A stretch of 64,000 nucleotides of DNA, from positions 32,001 to 96,000 of the IMG/VR virus record IMGVR_UViG_3300036823_000117, one strand, 5' to 3'. The notes beneath the pieces were generated by a model that ran no database searches, was not told where the DNA came from, and worked only from the letters and a program-made list of their open reading frames with translations. The translations under genes and the position numbers were made by a program. The stretch is from a virus. This document shows positions 18,946 through 28,448 of the stretch, one piece after another; within the stretch, counting starts at the first letter, position 1, and every line of letters starts with the position of its first letter.

Positions 18946-19286
18946 GCGCCGCCGACCTGCAGGCCCTCGTCGGCGGCCTGGTCGCCGACGCGGTCGACTC
19001 CGCAGGAGCGGGCAGCGAGAACATCGGCTACGCCGTCACGTTCTCCCCGATCAACTCCCCTGACGGATCCGGCGCGGTCGCGTGGATGTTCATCCTCACC
19101 ATCCCCAGCGTCCTTTTCGGCACGCTCCCCCACTGTGTCCAGACGGACCCGCTGATCTGCGCGTCGGTCCCGTCGCAGCTGCAGGTCTCCCAGGTCGTCG
19201 GCGCGTGCCTGCCGCCGCTCCGCGCAGCCCGGCAGGCCGAGCGGGAAACCATCCTGGCCGATGGCGCCCAGGGCCGCCTCAACTGA
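18942..19286 (+). CDS. Hypothetical protein
   Basis: GTGA overlap. Confidence 0.55.
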   Translation: MSAADLQALVGGLVADAVDSAGAGSENIGYAVTFSPINSPDGSGAVAWMFILTIPSVLFGTLPHCVQTDPLICASVPSQLQVSQVVGACLPPLRAARQAERETILADGAQGRLN

Positions 19287-20313
19287 ACCCTCGGGGCAGG
19301 CCCGCGATGACGCTGCTGCGCAGGCCTCCGCCCGGGGCGCCGCAGTCATGGGCGCCGCCGAGACCCTGATCCTCGCCGCCATCGCCGCCGCGGTCCGCAA
19401 GGTACTCGGCGGAATGCCCGCGTCACTCGCGGCCCGCCAGCTCCGCGCCACCCTGGTCGATGTCATGACCCAGGCCCGTTCCGCGATGAACGGGATCCTC
19501 GCCTCAGCCACCCGCGACGCCCGCGCCGACGTCCAGCGGGTTGTCAGCGCCGACCTCGGCGAGCTCGCCGGGATCCTGCCGCAGCGGCCGCTCCCGCCGC
19601 TGGCCCGCCTCGCCGGGGACCTGCGCACCGCCGAGCACACCGCAGCCGCCGCAGCCATGGCCGCCCTCACCGCGATCCTCGCGGCCGCGCTGGCAGCCAG
19701 CACCGTGACCGGCCGTCTCGCCGAAGCGCAGCGGCTCCTCGATGACCTCGCCGCCGCCGGGCTGCACGCCCACACCGACCGCGCCGGCCGCAAGTGGGGA
19801 CTCGGCACCTATGCCTCCGCGGCCACCGCCGGCGCGGTCGCCGCGGCGCACCTGGCCATGCAGCTCGCCGCGTACGAGGACGCGGGCGTCGACCTGGTCC
19901 TCATCACCCGCGACTCCTCGAAGCCGCCGTGCCCGAGGTGCGCGCCGTACCTGTGGAAGGTGCTGTCCCTGTCCGGCCACCACGCCGGCCCGGTCACCAT
20001 CACCGACGCGTCTGGCCGCGACCAGACCCTGCACGTGTCCGGCACCCTCGCCGACGCGCAGGCACACGGCCTGTTCCACCCGAGGTGCCGCGACTCCGCT
20101 CACCCCTGGGCCGACGGCGCGCACATCACCGCCGACGTCCCGCCCGGCCCCGCCGCGGCCCGCGAGCACCAGGCCCGCTACCAGGCCGAGCAGCAGCAGC
20201 GACGCGCAGACCACGCCCGGCTCACCGCCCGCCGACGGCAGGCCATGGCCCTCTCACCGCAGGCCCGCACCCGCGCCCGCCGCAAGGCCGCCGCCCTCAA
20301 GACCACCCGCTGA
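19261..20313 (+). CDS. Phage minor capsid protein (MuF-like)
   Basis: DRAGRKW, CPRCAPY and GLFHPRCR motifs; lies between portal and scaffold. Confidence 0.8.
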   Translation: MAPRAASTEPSGQARDDAAAQASARGAAVMGAAETLILAAIAAAVRKVLGGMPASLAARQLRATLVDVMTQARSAMNGILASATRDARADVQRVVSADLGELAGILPQRPLPPLARLAGDLRTAEHTAAAAAMAALTAILAAALAASTVTGRLAEAQRLLDDLAAAGLHAHTDRAGRKWGLGTYASAATAGAVAAAHLAMQLAAYEDAGVDLVLITRDSSKPPCPRCAPYLWKVLSLSGHHAGPVTITDASGRDQTLHVSGTLADAQAHGLFHPRCRDSAHPWADGAHITADVPPGPAAAREHQARYQAEQQQRRADHARLTARRRQAMALSPQARTRARRKAAALKTTR

Positions 20314-20325
20314 CCGCGGGTTCCA

Positions 20326-20351
20326 CGCCCGGCCAGGCGCCGGGCTTTTCT
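20326..20351 (+). terminator. Intrinsic terminator-like hairpin
   Basis: GCCCGGC/GCCGGGC followed by TTTTCT. Confidence 0.5.
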
Positions 20352-20352
20352 C

Positions 20353-21318
20353 ATGCCCCAGGAGGGCCAGTCGATGCTCGACCGATTCCTGCCCGTGACG
20401 CCTGGCGCGCTCATCGGCTACCGCCGCAACGGCACACCGATCCGGCTCATCGCCGGCGGATCTGAGGCAGCCCCGGAGGCTCCTCCCGCACCGCCAGCCG
20501 ACCCGGCGCCGCAGCCACCCGACCCGACCGTGCAGCCGCCTGCCCAGCCGGCCGCCGCACCCGACCCCGCTGGCCAGCCGCCCGCAGACCCGGCCCAGCC
20601 GGCCGCTGAGAGCGTCGACCAGTTGCCCGCGTGGGCGCAGAAGACGATAGCCGAGACGCGCCGCGAGGCCGCCGCAGCCCGCACGAAGGCCAAGGAACTC
20701 GGCGACGCGCAGGCAACACGGGACACCCAGCACGCCGAGCAGATGGCCGGCATCGCCCGCGCCCTCGGCCTCGCCCCCGAGGAAACCACCCCCGAGCAGC
20801 TCACCGCCCAGCGCGACCAGGCCCGTGCCGACGCCGCAGCCAACGCCGCCAGCGCCCGCGCCACGCAGGTCGAGCTCGCCGTGTTCCGCGCCGCCCACCA
20901 GGCCGGCGTGAACGCCAGCGCCCTGCTCGACTCCCGCACCTTCGTCTCGACCCTCGACGGGCTGGACCCGTCATCCGAGGGGTTCGCCCAGGTCGTCGCC
21001 GACAAGATCGCCGCGGCCGTCGAGACGAACCCCGCATGGAAGGCGCAGGTCCCCGTCCCGGCAGTCCCGGCGACTGCCCCCGCGGCCCCGCCGCCCCTCG
21101 CACCGCCCGCCCCGGCGCCACCGGAGCAGGGCGTGCAGCCCCCCGCGGTCCCGGCATCCGGGCCGCAGGGCGGGTTCCCGTCACCGCCGCCTCCGGGCGG
21201 CAGGCAGCTCACTGCCGCGGACGCGCAGAACATGACAGCCCAGCAGGTCCAGGAGGCCATCAACGCGGGGCTGTTCATGGAGGCGGGCTTCGGCCCGGCG
21301 CGCTCGACGCGGCGCTAG
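20353..21318 (+). CDS. Capsid scaffolding protein
   Basis: LPAWAQKTI..RREAA and ALLDSRTF; immediately before the capsid gene. Confidence 0.8.
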   Translation: MPQEGQSMLDRFLPVTPGALIGYRRNGTPIRLIAGGSEAAPEAPPAPPADPAPQPPDPTVQPPAQPAAAPDPAGQPPADPAQPAAESVDQLPAWAQKTIAETRREAAAARTKAKELGDAQATRDTQHAEQMAGIARALGLAPEETTPEQLTAQRDQARADAAANAASARATQVELAVFRAAHQAGVNASALLDSRTFVSTLDGLDPSSEGFAQVVADKIAAAVETNPAWKAQVPVPAVPATAPAAPPPLAPPAPAPPEQGVQPPAVPASGPQGGFPSPPPPGGRQLTAADAQNMTAQQVQEAINAGLFMEAGFGPARSTRR

Positions 21319-21429
21319 TACGACCCCTTCAGCCAGTTCGACCGGTACGCACCCCCAGGCGGGGTGGCCGGCAGTACGTCAGCCAGCCACTCAGTCCCAA
21401 ACGGACATTAGCCAAAGGCGGTGTTAAAC

Positions 21430-22353
21430 GTGTCGGTACTAGCGTTTAAGCCCGAAATTTGGAGCAAAGTCATCCTCGCCGCGCTCCAGAAGAACCTCGT
21501 TTACGGCTCCCCCGCAGTCGTCAACAGCGACTACGAAGGTGAAGTCGCGGGCCCGGGAAACGTCGTGCACATCACGCAGTTCAGTGACCCGACGATCACC
21601 GCGTACACCCCGAACGCGACTCTGACCTACCAGGCGCTGTCGGACGCCGGGTTCGACCTGAACATCGACCAGGCGCAGTCGTTCAGCTTCGCGGTCGACG
21701 ACGTCGACCGGCGGCAGGCCGCAGGCGACATGCAGTCCTACCTGGAGGAGAGGGCTTCCTACCAGCTGGCCAACACCGCGGACACGTTCCTCGCCGGCCT
21801 GTACACCGGGGTCTCGACGAGCAACGTCATCGCGAACGGCGCGAACTCGTCGATCACCGCCACCCACGAGCTGACCCCCGCGGTCTACTCGTCGACCCAC
21901 CCGGCGGACTTCTACCAGCAGGTCGCCCTGCCTTTGAAGGTCGCCCTCACCCAGGCGAACATCCCCATGAAGGGTCGCTACATGATCCTTCCGCCCTGGG
22001 CCGAGGCACTCATCGAGCAGACCCAGGCGTTCATCGCGATCACCAACATGCAGGGCCAGGCGTCGGAAGTCTTCCAGGAGGGTTCCATCGGCCGCATGGC
22101 CGGCTTCGACCTCTACGTGTCGAACAACGCCGTCAACTTCGACCCGACCGCCAACTCCAACCAGGGCGGGTGGATCGTCCAGGCCGGACATCCCATGGCG
22201 TTGACCTACGCTGAGCAGATCGTTCAAACGGAGGCCCTGAGGCTTCAGACGACATTCGCGGACGGCGTACGCGGATTGCACGTTTACGGGGCAAAGCTGG
22301 TCCGTCCCGACGCAATCGCCGTCGCGGGCGTCATCCGGCCAACCGGCATCTGA
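21430..22353 (+). CDS. Major capsid protein (P22 coat-like family)
   Basis: FKPEIWS, NSDYEGEV, IDQ..FSFAVDDVD, FADGVRGLHVYGAKLVRP. Confidence 0.9.
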   Translation: MSVLAFKPEIWSKVILAALQKNLVYGSPAVVNSDYEGEVAGPGNVVHITQFSDPTITAYTPNATLTYQALSDAGFDLNIDQAQSFSFAVDDVDRRQAAGDMQSYLEERASYQLANTADTFLAGLYTGVSTSNVIANGANSSITATHELTPAVYSSTHPADFYQQVALPLKVALTQANIPMKGRYMILPPWAEALIEQTQAFIAITNMQGQASEVFQEGSIGRMAGFDLYVSNNAVNFDPTANSNQGGWIVQAGHPMALTYAEQIVQTEALRLQTTFADGVRGLHVYGAKLVRPDAIAVAGVIRPTGI

Positions 22354-22390
22354 TCCCTGACCGCAGCGATACAGCAAGGAGACAGGGCAG

Positions 22391-22828
22391 ATGACTGCTC
22401 GTACCGTGATTCCGGCGGCCAACATCCTCGCCGTCAGCAGGGATTCCTTCGGGACCCTGCCGTCGGCGGTGGCTGGCGCCGCGACGATGTACTTCAACTC
22501 GAACCCGACGGCCGGCATTCAGGCTCCGTCGAAGGTGCTGTTCTTCTTCGTGATCGGCAGCACCGCGACGGTCGTGACGATCCGGGCGTCGAGCAACGGC
22601 GTGAACGTGGCGGGCACGGCGCAGACCGCGCTGGCGCCGGCGTCCACGGTGTTCACGCAGTCGACGGTCGGTGACCTGGTGTCGGCATCGACGACCAGCG
22701 CGACGATCACCGCGGGGCCGCTGAACTCGGACCGGTTCCAGCAGCCGGACGGGAACATCTACATCGACCTGTCCCAGACCACGTCGGTGACGGTGTACGC
22801 GCTGCAGCTGCCGTTCAACGCTATCTAG
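22391..22828 (+). CDS. Putative capsid-associated protein
   Basis: Follows the capsid gene; RFQQPDGNIYID. Confidence 0.65.
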   Translation: MTARTVIPAANILAVSRDSFGTLPSAVAGAATMYFNSNPTAGIQAPSKVLFFFVIGSTATVVTIRASSNGVNVAGTAQTALAPASTVFTQSTVGDLVSASTTSATITAGPLNSDRFQQPDGNIYIDLSQTTSVTVYALQLPFNAI

Positions 22829-22831
22829 CCG

Positions 22832-23191
22832 ATGGCCGACGCGTGGCTGCGGGGGGAGAACGGGGCGGTCCTGACGGTGGGTGAGCCGCTGCCCGCAGGG
22901 GTGGCGGCCCGCCTGGCGTCGGGCGAGTTGTCCCGCATTCCCCCGCCAGCCCGCGGCGGCGTCATCCCGGCCCAGCTCGCCGTGACCGCGGATCAGCCGA
23001 GCATCGAGCTCGCGGCCGCCGCGCATGTGATGCCGGCTGTTCCGCCCCCGGCCGCGGATGCCAAGCGGGGCGAGTGGGCGAGGTACGCGATCAGCCAGGG
23101 CGCTGACCCGGGTGAGGCGTGGAAGATGTCCCGCGACGCGCTGGCTGCCCGGTTCGGTACCCAGCTAGGAGAGGATCTGCGGTGGCCCTGA
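22832..23191 (+). CDS. Hypothetical protein
   Basis: C-terminal KRGEWARYA...MSRDAL helical motif. Confidence 0.6.
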   Translation: MADAWLRGENGAVLTVGEPLPAGVAARLASGELSRIPPPARGGVIPAQLAVTADQPSIELAAAAHVMPAVPPPAADAKRGEWARYAISQGADPGEAWKMSRDALAARFGTQLGEDLRWP

Positions 23192-23445
23192 CGCTGACGC
23201 AGGTGGCAGTCACTTCGGCCGCCACCGCGCTCCCAGCGCTGTCCCTCGGCTCGGCAGTCACGCTTATCGCGTCGGCTGCCACGAACATCGGCACCAGCAA
23301 TGCGGTAACAACCAGCACGGGATTCGTCCTTCCGGCGAATGTGCCGGTCACGCTGCCGCTGCTGGATTACATCGGCCAGTCCCCCGCGGCGCTCTACGCG
23401 ATCACGGCCTCGACGGCCACCCTGAGCGTCGCGATTTCCTCGTAG
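23182..23445 (+). CDS. Hypothetical structural protein
   Basis: GAGGA RBS; beta-rich composition. Confidence 0.55.
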   Translation: MALTLTQVAVTSAATALPALSLGSAVTLIASAATNIGTSNAVTTSTGFVLPANVPVTLPLLDYIGQSPAALYAITASTATLSVAISS

Positions 23446-23458
23446 CAGGGGGTGAGCG

Positions 23459-24208
23459 GTGTCCGGCAGCGTCCTTTCCTACACCGTGTCGGATGTCATT
23501 CCCGGCGGGCAGATCCTTCTGACGCAGCTGTTCGAGACGTTCGTCGGCAGCGGCCAGGCGGCGAGCGCGTCGGGCGTGACGGTCACGATCGCTGCGGCGG
23601 CCGGCCCGTCGGGCGGGTCGGGTACGCCGGTCCCGGCGACGAGCACGGGCCTGTCGAGCACCAGCGGCAGCCTGTACACCTACACCTGGAACTGCCTGGC
23701 CAGCACGGTCCCGGGCGACTACACCGTCACATTCGCCGGCAGTGTCGGCGGGACGGCGATCTCGTACTCGTGGGTGGTCACGGTCGCGGCGCCCCCTGCG
23801 GCCGCGCCCGCACCGGGCGTGTATGCCACCCTCGCGCAGTACCAGGACGAGGTCGGTGACACGGCTACGCCGCCGTCGCTGGTGACGGCGAAGCTGCGGC
23901 TGGCCTCCGATGACATTGACATGGCGCTGGTCGGCGCGGTGTACCCGGTGAACCCGCAGGGCATGCCGACGGACCCGCTGGTGATCAACGTGCTTATGCG
24001 GGCGTGCTGCCAGCAGGTCGCGTTCCTTCTCGCTGATAACGATGACCAGGGCGTGAAGCGGCAGTACTCGACGACGTCCTCGAGCGGGGTGTCGGCGACG
24101 AGGACGGCGAGCGCTCAGGGGATGCTCCTGCCTCCTCTGGGGCCGCGGGCCCTTCAGATTCTCCGCACGAACGGCGTGCTGCAGGCCGCCGTGCTCATCG
24201 GCTGGTAG
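23459..24208 (+). CDS. Head-to-tail adaptor with N-terminal Ig-like extension
   Basis: VYATLAQY..LRLASDDID..RACCQQV..LGPRALQILRTNG. Confidence 0.7.
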   Translation: MSGSVLSYTVSDVIPGGQILLTQLFETFVGSGQAASASGVTVTIAAAAGPSGGSGTPVPATSTGLSSTSGSLYTYTWNCLASTVPGDYTVTFAGSVGGTAISYSWVVTVAAPPAAAPAPGVYATLAQYQDEVGDTATPPSLVTAKLRLASDDIDMALVGAVYPVNPQGMPTDPLVINVLMRACCQQVAFLLADNDDQGVKRQYSTTSSSGVSATRTASAQGMLLPPLGPRALQILRTNGVLQAAVLIGW

Positions 24209-24273
24209 CCGCTTCCTCATTCTTTGCCGTGCTGTTGCGTGGCCACTGTTCTCGCGCCTGAAAGGACACCACC

Positions 24274-24906
24274 ATGCCCGTGTACCTGACCGAGTCCGGC
24301 GGCCTTGCTTCGGGTGGTTCGCCCGCCAGCCTCGACTACGTGGCGACGCAGGCGCCGCTGTACGCCAACCAGGCTGACCCGCCGGTCGGCGGGGGCATCG
24401 CGGGTCACATCGCGGAGACGGTGGCGGCGTCGTCGGCTACGGCGGCGCTGACGATGGTGTCGGGCAGTGCGTCGATCGCGGCGGTGCGGCTGGTCGCGGG
24501 GCAGGTGGTCAGCAACGCCGGGTTCGTGACGTCGACGACGGCGGGCATCACGATGACGCACTGGTGGCTGGCGCTGCTTGACAGCTCGTACACGGTGCGG
24601 GCGGTGTCGGCGGATCAGACCAGCGGGGCGATCGGGGCGTCGACGTGGTTCACGCTGCCGTTCGCTTCGGTATACACGGTCCCGTCGACCGGGGTTTACT
24701 TCGTCGCCGTCATGATCGCGGCGTCGACGGTGCCTACGCTGTGCGGTTCGACGGCGCCGCTCGCGGCCATGATCACCGGCACGGGTGCGCCGGCGCCGCT
24801 GCTCGGCGGGGTGTCCACGACCGGCCAGACGACCGCCCCGGCGGTGGGCACCGCGCTGATCGCGCCGACCGCCGCGGCTGTGACGCCGTACCTGTTCCTC
24901 TCCTAG
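24274..24906 (+). CDS. Virion structural protein
   Basis: Beta-rich, T/A/G-rich; AAGGA RBS. Confidence 0.6.
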   Translation: MPVYLTESGGLASGGSPASLDYVATQAPLYANQADPPVGGGIAGHIAETVAASSATAALTMVSGSASIAAVRLVAGQVVSNAGFVTSTTAGITMTHWWLALLDSSYTVRAVSADQTSGAIGASTWFTLPFASVYTVPSTGVYFVAVMIAASTVPTLCGSTAPLAAMITGTGAPAPLLGGVSTTGQTTAPAVGTALIAPTAAAVTPYLFLS

Positions 24907-24915
24907 GAGCCGGCC

Positions 24916-25254
24916 GTGGTCGCCGAGACCGCTAACACGACGGTCGCCTTGTTCCGCGGGACCGATTTCGACGGTTACGGCGACGTGACCGATTCGCCGC
25001 TGCCGTACATCCAGGGTGTCGCCGCGACGCTGATCGAGACGACGCAGATCGTCCAGGATCCGGCGACGCAGACTCCCAGGGTGATCCGGATGTCGACGGC
25101 CCTGGTTCCGCTGTGGCTGGGCGTGAAGGACAGCGACCGGCTGGAGAACGAGCTCAGCGGCGACATCTTCATGATCGAGGATGTCATCCGGATCCCGAAC
25201 CTCACGGGGGCGGTCCCGGACCTGAAGCTGGTCTTGAAGCGGGTCACCCAGTAG
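24916..25254 (+). CDS. Head-to-tail stopper
   Basis: Synteny; DGYGD...LKLVLKRVT. Confidence 0.65.
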   Translation: MVAETANTTVALFRGTDFDGYGDVTDSPLPYIQGVAATLIETTQIVQDPATQTPRVIRMSTALVPLWLGVKDSDRLENELSGDIFMIEDVIRIPNLTGAVPDLKLVLKRVTQ

Positions 25255-25263
25255 GGGGTCCGC

Positions 25264-25935
25264 GTGCGGGTTGTGGTGGATGACGACGCCCGGGAGAAAG
25301 CCGACGCGGCTGTTGTCCCGTGGATGCGGGAGCAACTCGGGCCGGAGATCGAGGAGCGGGCGAAGCGGTACGTCCCGATCGACACGGGGGCGCTGCGCGA
25401 GTCCATTGAGCATCACATGGACGGCACGACGCTCGTGGTGTCGGCCACCGGTTCTGACGTGCGGACGTACGCCGCGTACATCGAGCTCGGGCACCGGGTG
25501 TATCACCCGTCGACCGGGAAGGTCGGCCCCGAATGGGTTCCGGCTCAGCCGTTCCTGCGGCCGGCGCTTTACGGCGGGTCGTCGCACCTGCGCGCCAAGG
25601 CGTTCCGTGAAGACTCCGTCATGCAGGACCGCAAGACCGCGGCCCGGGCTGCGGCGCGGACGGCGAAGTGGGAGGCGCGGCGCGAGCGGGAACGCGAGGC
25701 GCGGGCCCATCTCACCGACGAGGAACGCGCGGCCCGCGAGGCGAAGTGGCGCACCGAGTCGGCGGAGCGCACCGCGCGCCGCGAGCGGGAACTCGCGAAC
25801 TACGAGCGGTCCATGGAAGTCCTGGCTGAGCGCAAGGCCAGGGAAGACAAGTGGCGGGCCGCGCAGGAGCAGCGCTACATCGAGAAGTGGGAGCGCGAGC
25901 ACCCCGGCGAGCCCGGCGGTCCCGTGCCGTTCTAG
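25264..25935 (+). CDS. HK97 gp10-like neck protein with charged C-terminal extension
   Basis: VPIDTGALRESI..YAAYIELG..PAQPFLRPAL. Confidence 0.8.
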   Translation: MRVVVDDDAREKADAAVVPWMREQLGPEIEERAKRYVPIDTGALRESIEHHMDGTTLVVSATGSDVRTYAAYIELGHRVYHPSTGKVGPEWVPAQPFLRPALYGGSSHLRAKAFREDSVMQDRKTAARAAARTAKWEARREREREARAHLTDEERAAREAKWRTESAERTARRERELANYERSMEVLAERKAREDKWRAAQEQRYIEKWEREHPGEPGGPVPF

Positions 25936-25947
25936 GGCGGAGGGCCG

Positions 25948-26427
25948 GTGCCGGTAAGGCTCCTCGCCAACAGCGAGCTCGTTGCGGTGTCCTACTTCCA
26001 GCAGATGCCGGGCTTGAAGGCGGACGTGATCGCGACCCAGCTCCCGAAGGATGAAGCGGACTGGGCGGCGAACGGCGCGATCACCGTCCAGGTTGTCGGC
26101 GGTCACCCCGATTCTGACTTGCCGGTCCGCAACCCGCTGGTCCAGGTGGACTGCTGGGCGACGACGCTCAAGAGCAACAAGCCTCCGTGGTTCAAGGCGG
26201 CCGCGCTCGCTGAGGCGGCGTGGCTGGGAACCCGGAACCGGAACCGCGGCGCCCGGCGGGTGCCCGTCTCCGCCGGCCCGGTGGTGTACCCGGCGGCGAT
26301 CGTCTTGACGGCCCTGTGGCTGACCGAGTGGCGGCGGGTTTACGACGACAAGGCCGACGCTGCCCGTTACTCCGCGGACCTCGGGATGTCGTGGGCGCCT
26401 GCTGACCCGATTCCCGAGCCGTTCTAG
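25948..26427 (+). CDS. Tail terminator
   Basis: VQVDCWA..KPPWFKA; synteny. Confidence 0.7.
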   Translation: MPVRLLANSELVAVSYFQQMPGLKADVIATQLPKDEADWAANGAITVQVVGGHPDSDLPVRNPLVQVDCWATTLKSNKPPWFKAAALAEAAWLGTRNRNRGARRVPVSAGPVVYPAAIVLTALWLTEWRRVYDDKADAARYSADLGMSWAPADPIPEPF

Positions 26428-26436
26428 GAGGCCCCT

Positions 26437-26640
26437 GTGCCGCTGGTGAAGCTCACGATCCGCGAGGAGCCCGTCGAGGTCGACGACGGCGAGCTGCTGG
26501 TTCTCCGCGGCCAGAACCTGGTCGACCGCGTCCTGGACGCCGTCCCGGCCGCAACGGCCCCGGCCCGGCCACCGGGTCCTGTCGATCCCCCTGTTGTGCC
26601 CGCCCCGGCCAAGCCCGGACCCAAGAAGCAGGAGAAGTAG
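26437..26640 (+). CDS. Hypothetical protein
   Basis: AGGAGG RBS. Confidence 0.55.
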   Translation: MPLVKLTIREEPVEVDDGELLVLRGQNLVDRVLDAVPAATAPARPPGPVDPPVVPAPAKPGPKKQEK

Positions 26641-26997
26641 ATGGCAACTCAGACCCTCCTCCCGACCGTGGCCGTTCCCGATGGCCCGGGCCTGGACATC
26701 ACCGCGCTGCTGGCCACCCCGACCGGCACGACGCTGCTGTTCGCCAACACCGGCCGGGAGCAGCTGTACATCTCCGCCGGCGCCGTGTCGGAGACCGTGA
26801 CCGTGGACATGGGCGCGCTCGTCGACGGGCAGACCGTGACCAACTTCCCGACGGTGAACCTGACGAACGGCCACATCTACCGGTTCGGCGAGTTCCACAG
26901 CGTGCTCGACAACACCGGGACGAACCAGGTCCAGGTCACCCTGTCGACGGTCACGAGCATCACGGTCGCGCTTGTGCAGGACGCCGCTGTCTTCTAG
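26641..26997 (+). CDS. Structural protein
   Basis: FANTGREQLYI motif; synteny. Confidence 0.6.
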   Translation: MATQTLLPTVAVPDGPGLDITALLATPTGTTLLFANTGREQLYISAGAVSETVTVDMGALVDGQTVTNFPTVNLTNGHIYRFGEFHSVLDNTGTNQVQVTLSTVTSITVALVQDAAVF

Positions 26998-27023
26998 GCC
27001 GCCGCGCTTCACCCCGCTTGTCC

Positions 27024-27050
27024 GCCCTGGCCTTGGCCGGGGCTTTTTTC
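27024..27050 (+). terminator. Intrinsic terminator-like hairpin
   Basis: GCCCTGGCC-TT-GGCCGGGGC followed by TTTTTT. Confidence 0.65.
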
Positions 27051-27093
27051 ATGCCCGCCCCCTAGTACCCGGCAAACGGGATAGGAGCGCTCG

Positions 27094-27672
27094 ATGTCCG
27101 TCGTGCCTAGCAACTTGACCCAGGGCCCCGGAGTTCTCTGGTACGCCCCGTTCGGAACCGCAGCCCCCGCGGACTCCGCGTTCGCCTCCGCCCCCGGATC
27201 CAGCTGGATCGACGTCGGCGGCACCCAGGGCGGCATCATGGCGGAGATCGACAACACCTACATGCAGCAGGTGGTCGACCAGATCCCCATCTCCGTCGGC
27301 GGCCGCCTCACCAAGCAGGCCATCACCGTCACCACCCAGCTCGCCGAGACCACGCTGAACAACCTCAACCTGGCCATGAACGGCCTGATCAGCATCACCC
27401 AGCAGTCCGGCTACTCGACCACGGACCTGCAGACCGCCACGAGTGCGACGCAGCCGCAGTACTCCACGCTGATCGTGGACGGCTGGGCGCCGACCACCGG
27501 CACCACCGAGCCGTCCTGCCGGCGCCGGCTGATCATCTGGAAGGTGCTCTCCCAGGGCAAGGCCACCTTCGAGTACTCGATGGAGAAGAACTCCGTCTAC
27601 AGCGTCACGTTCGAGGCGTACTACGTGTCCGGGTCGGTTTCGCCCTGGCACAGCATTGATCAGACGAGCTAG
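27094..27672 (+). CDS. Major tail (tube) protein
   Basis: WIDVGGTQGG..VDQ..TQLAETTLNNL; lies before the chaperone and tape measure genes. Confidence 0.85.
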   Translation: MSVVPSNLTQGPGVLWYAPFGTAAPADSAFASAPGSSWIDVGGTQGGIMAEIDNTYMQQVVDQIPISVGGRLTKQAITVTTQLAETTLNNLNLAMNGLISITQQSGYSTTDLQTATSATQPQYSTLIVDGWAPTTGTTEPSCRRRLIIWKVLSQGKATFEYSMEKNSVYSVTFEAYYVSGSVSPWHSIDQTS

Positions 27673-27684
27673 GGCAAATAACCC

Positions 27685-28421
27685 ATGGTCGCCGCAAACA
27701 AGGCGCGTGCCTCAGTGCCCGCCCGCCCGCGCGTCATCGAGCCGGACGACATCCTCGACCCGGCCGAGACCGCCCCGCTTGAGATCACCTCGGGCTCCCG
27801 CAAGAAGGGCCGCCGGATCGTCATCTTCTACATCGACGGCACGCCCCACTCGGTACCCGAGGACCCGCCCGCCATCATCATGATCAACTACCTGGACGCG
27901 GTCCGCCGCCACGGCCCCGTGCCCGCGTCCACGTACCTGCTCGAGGCCATGCTCGGCTCGGACTCCTACGCCGCGCTGTGCAGCAGCGAGGACATCACGC
28001 AGGAGCAGCTGGGCCAGGTGATCGAGAAGGTCGACGGGATCCTGATGGCCGCGCAGAGGTCCCCAAAAGCCGGGTCCTAGCTTCGTACCAGGAACACGGC
28101 TGGGTCCTGGGCCACCTGGATGACCTGGAGTCTGACTTCAGCGTCTTCCACCGGGTCGATGACATGTACGAGATGCCGGCCAGGAAATTCCGTGTCCTGG
28201 CCGGCCGGCTCGTGCATTACGAGGGCGCGTTCCGGGCGGCCGTGAAGGCGCAGGACCAGCCCGGTGCCCCGGTGCCCGCGACGAAGCTCATGTACGACAT
28301 GAACCCTGACCTCCGCGGCCTGTCCACGTTCGCGGAGGTGGCCAGGCCCGCAGAGCTGACGCCTGACCAGCAGGCATACGTCGACTCTCACCCCGAGTTG
28401 CAGGCCCCTCCCCGCCGCTAA
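27685..28421 (+). CDS. Tail assembly chaperone G (27685-28080) and GT via a -1 frameshift
   Basis: Slippery C CCA AAA at 28062-28068; -1 frame open to 28421 (WVLGHLDDLESDFSVFHRVDD). Confidence 0.85.
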
Positions 28422-28448
28422 CCGATCACTGCAAGGCGGTGAACGGAC

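Noticed and set aside
24217-27012. 931-aa minus-strand ORF and similar long antisense ORFs (e.g. 10944-12434, 43131-45179, 51577-53103)
   Set aside because: Shadow frames of high-GC genes; the opposite strand has recognisable proteins with RBSs.
28062-28068. -1 slippery site in the tail chaperone as a novelty
   Set aside because: Standard G/GT frameshift of long-tailed phages; listed as a feature only.
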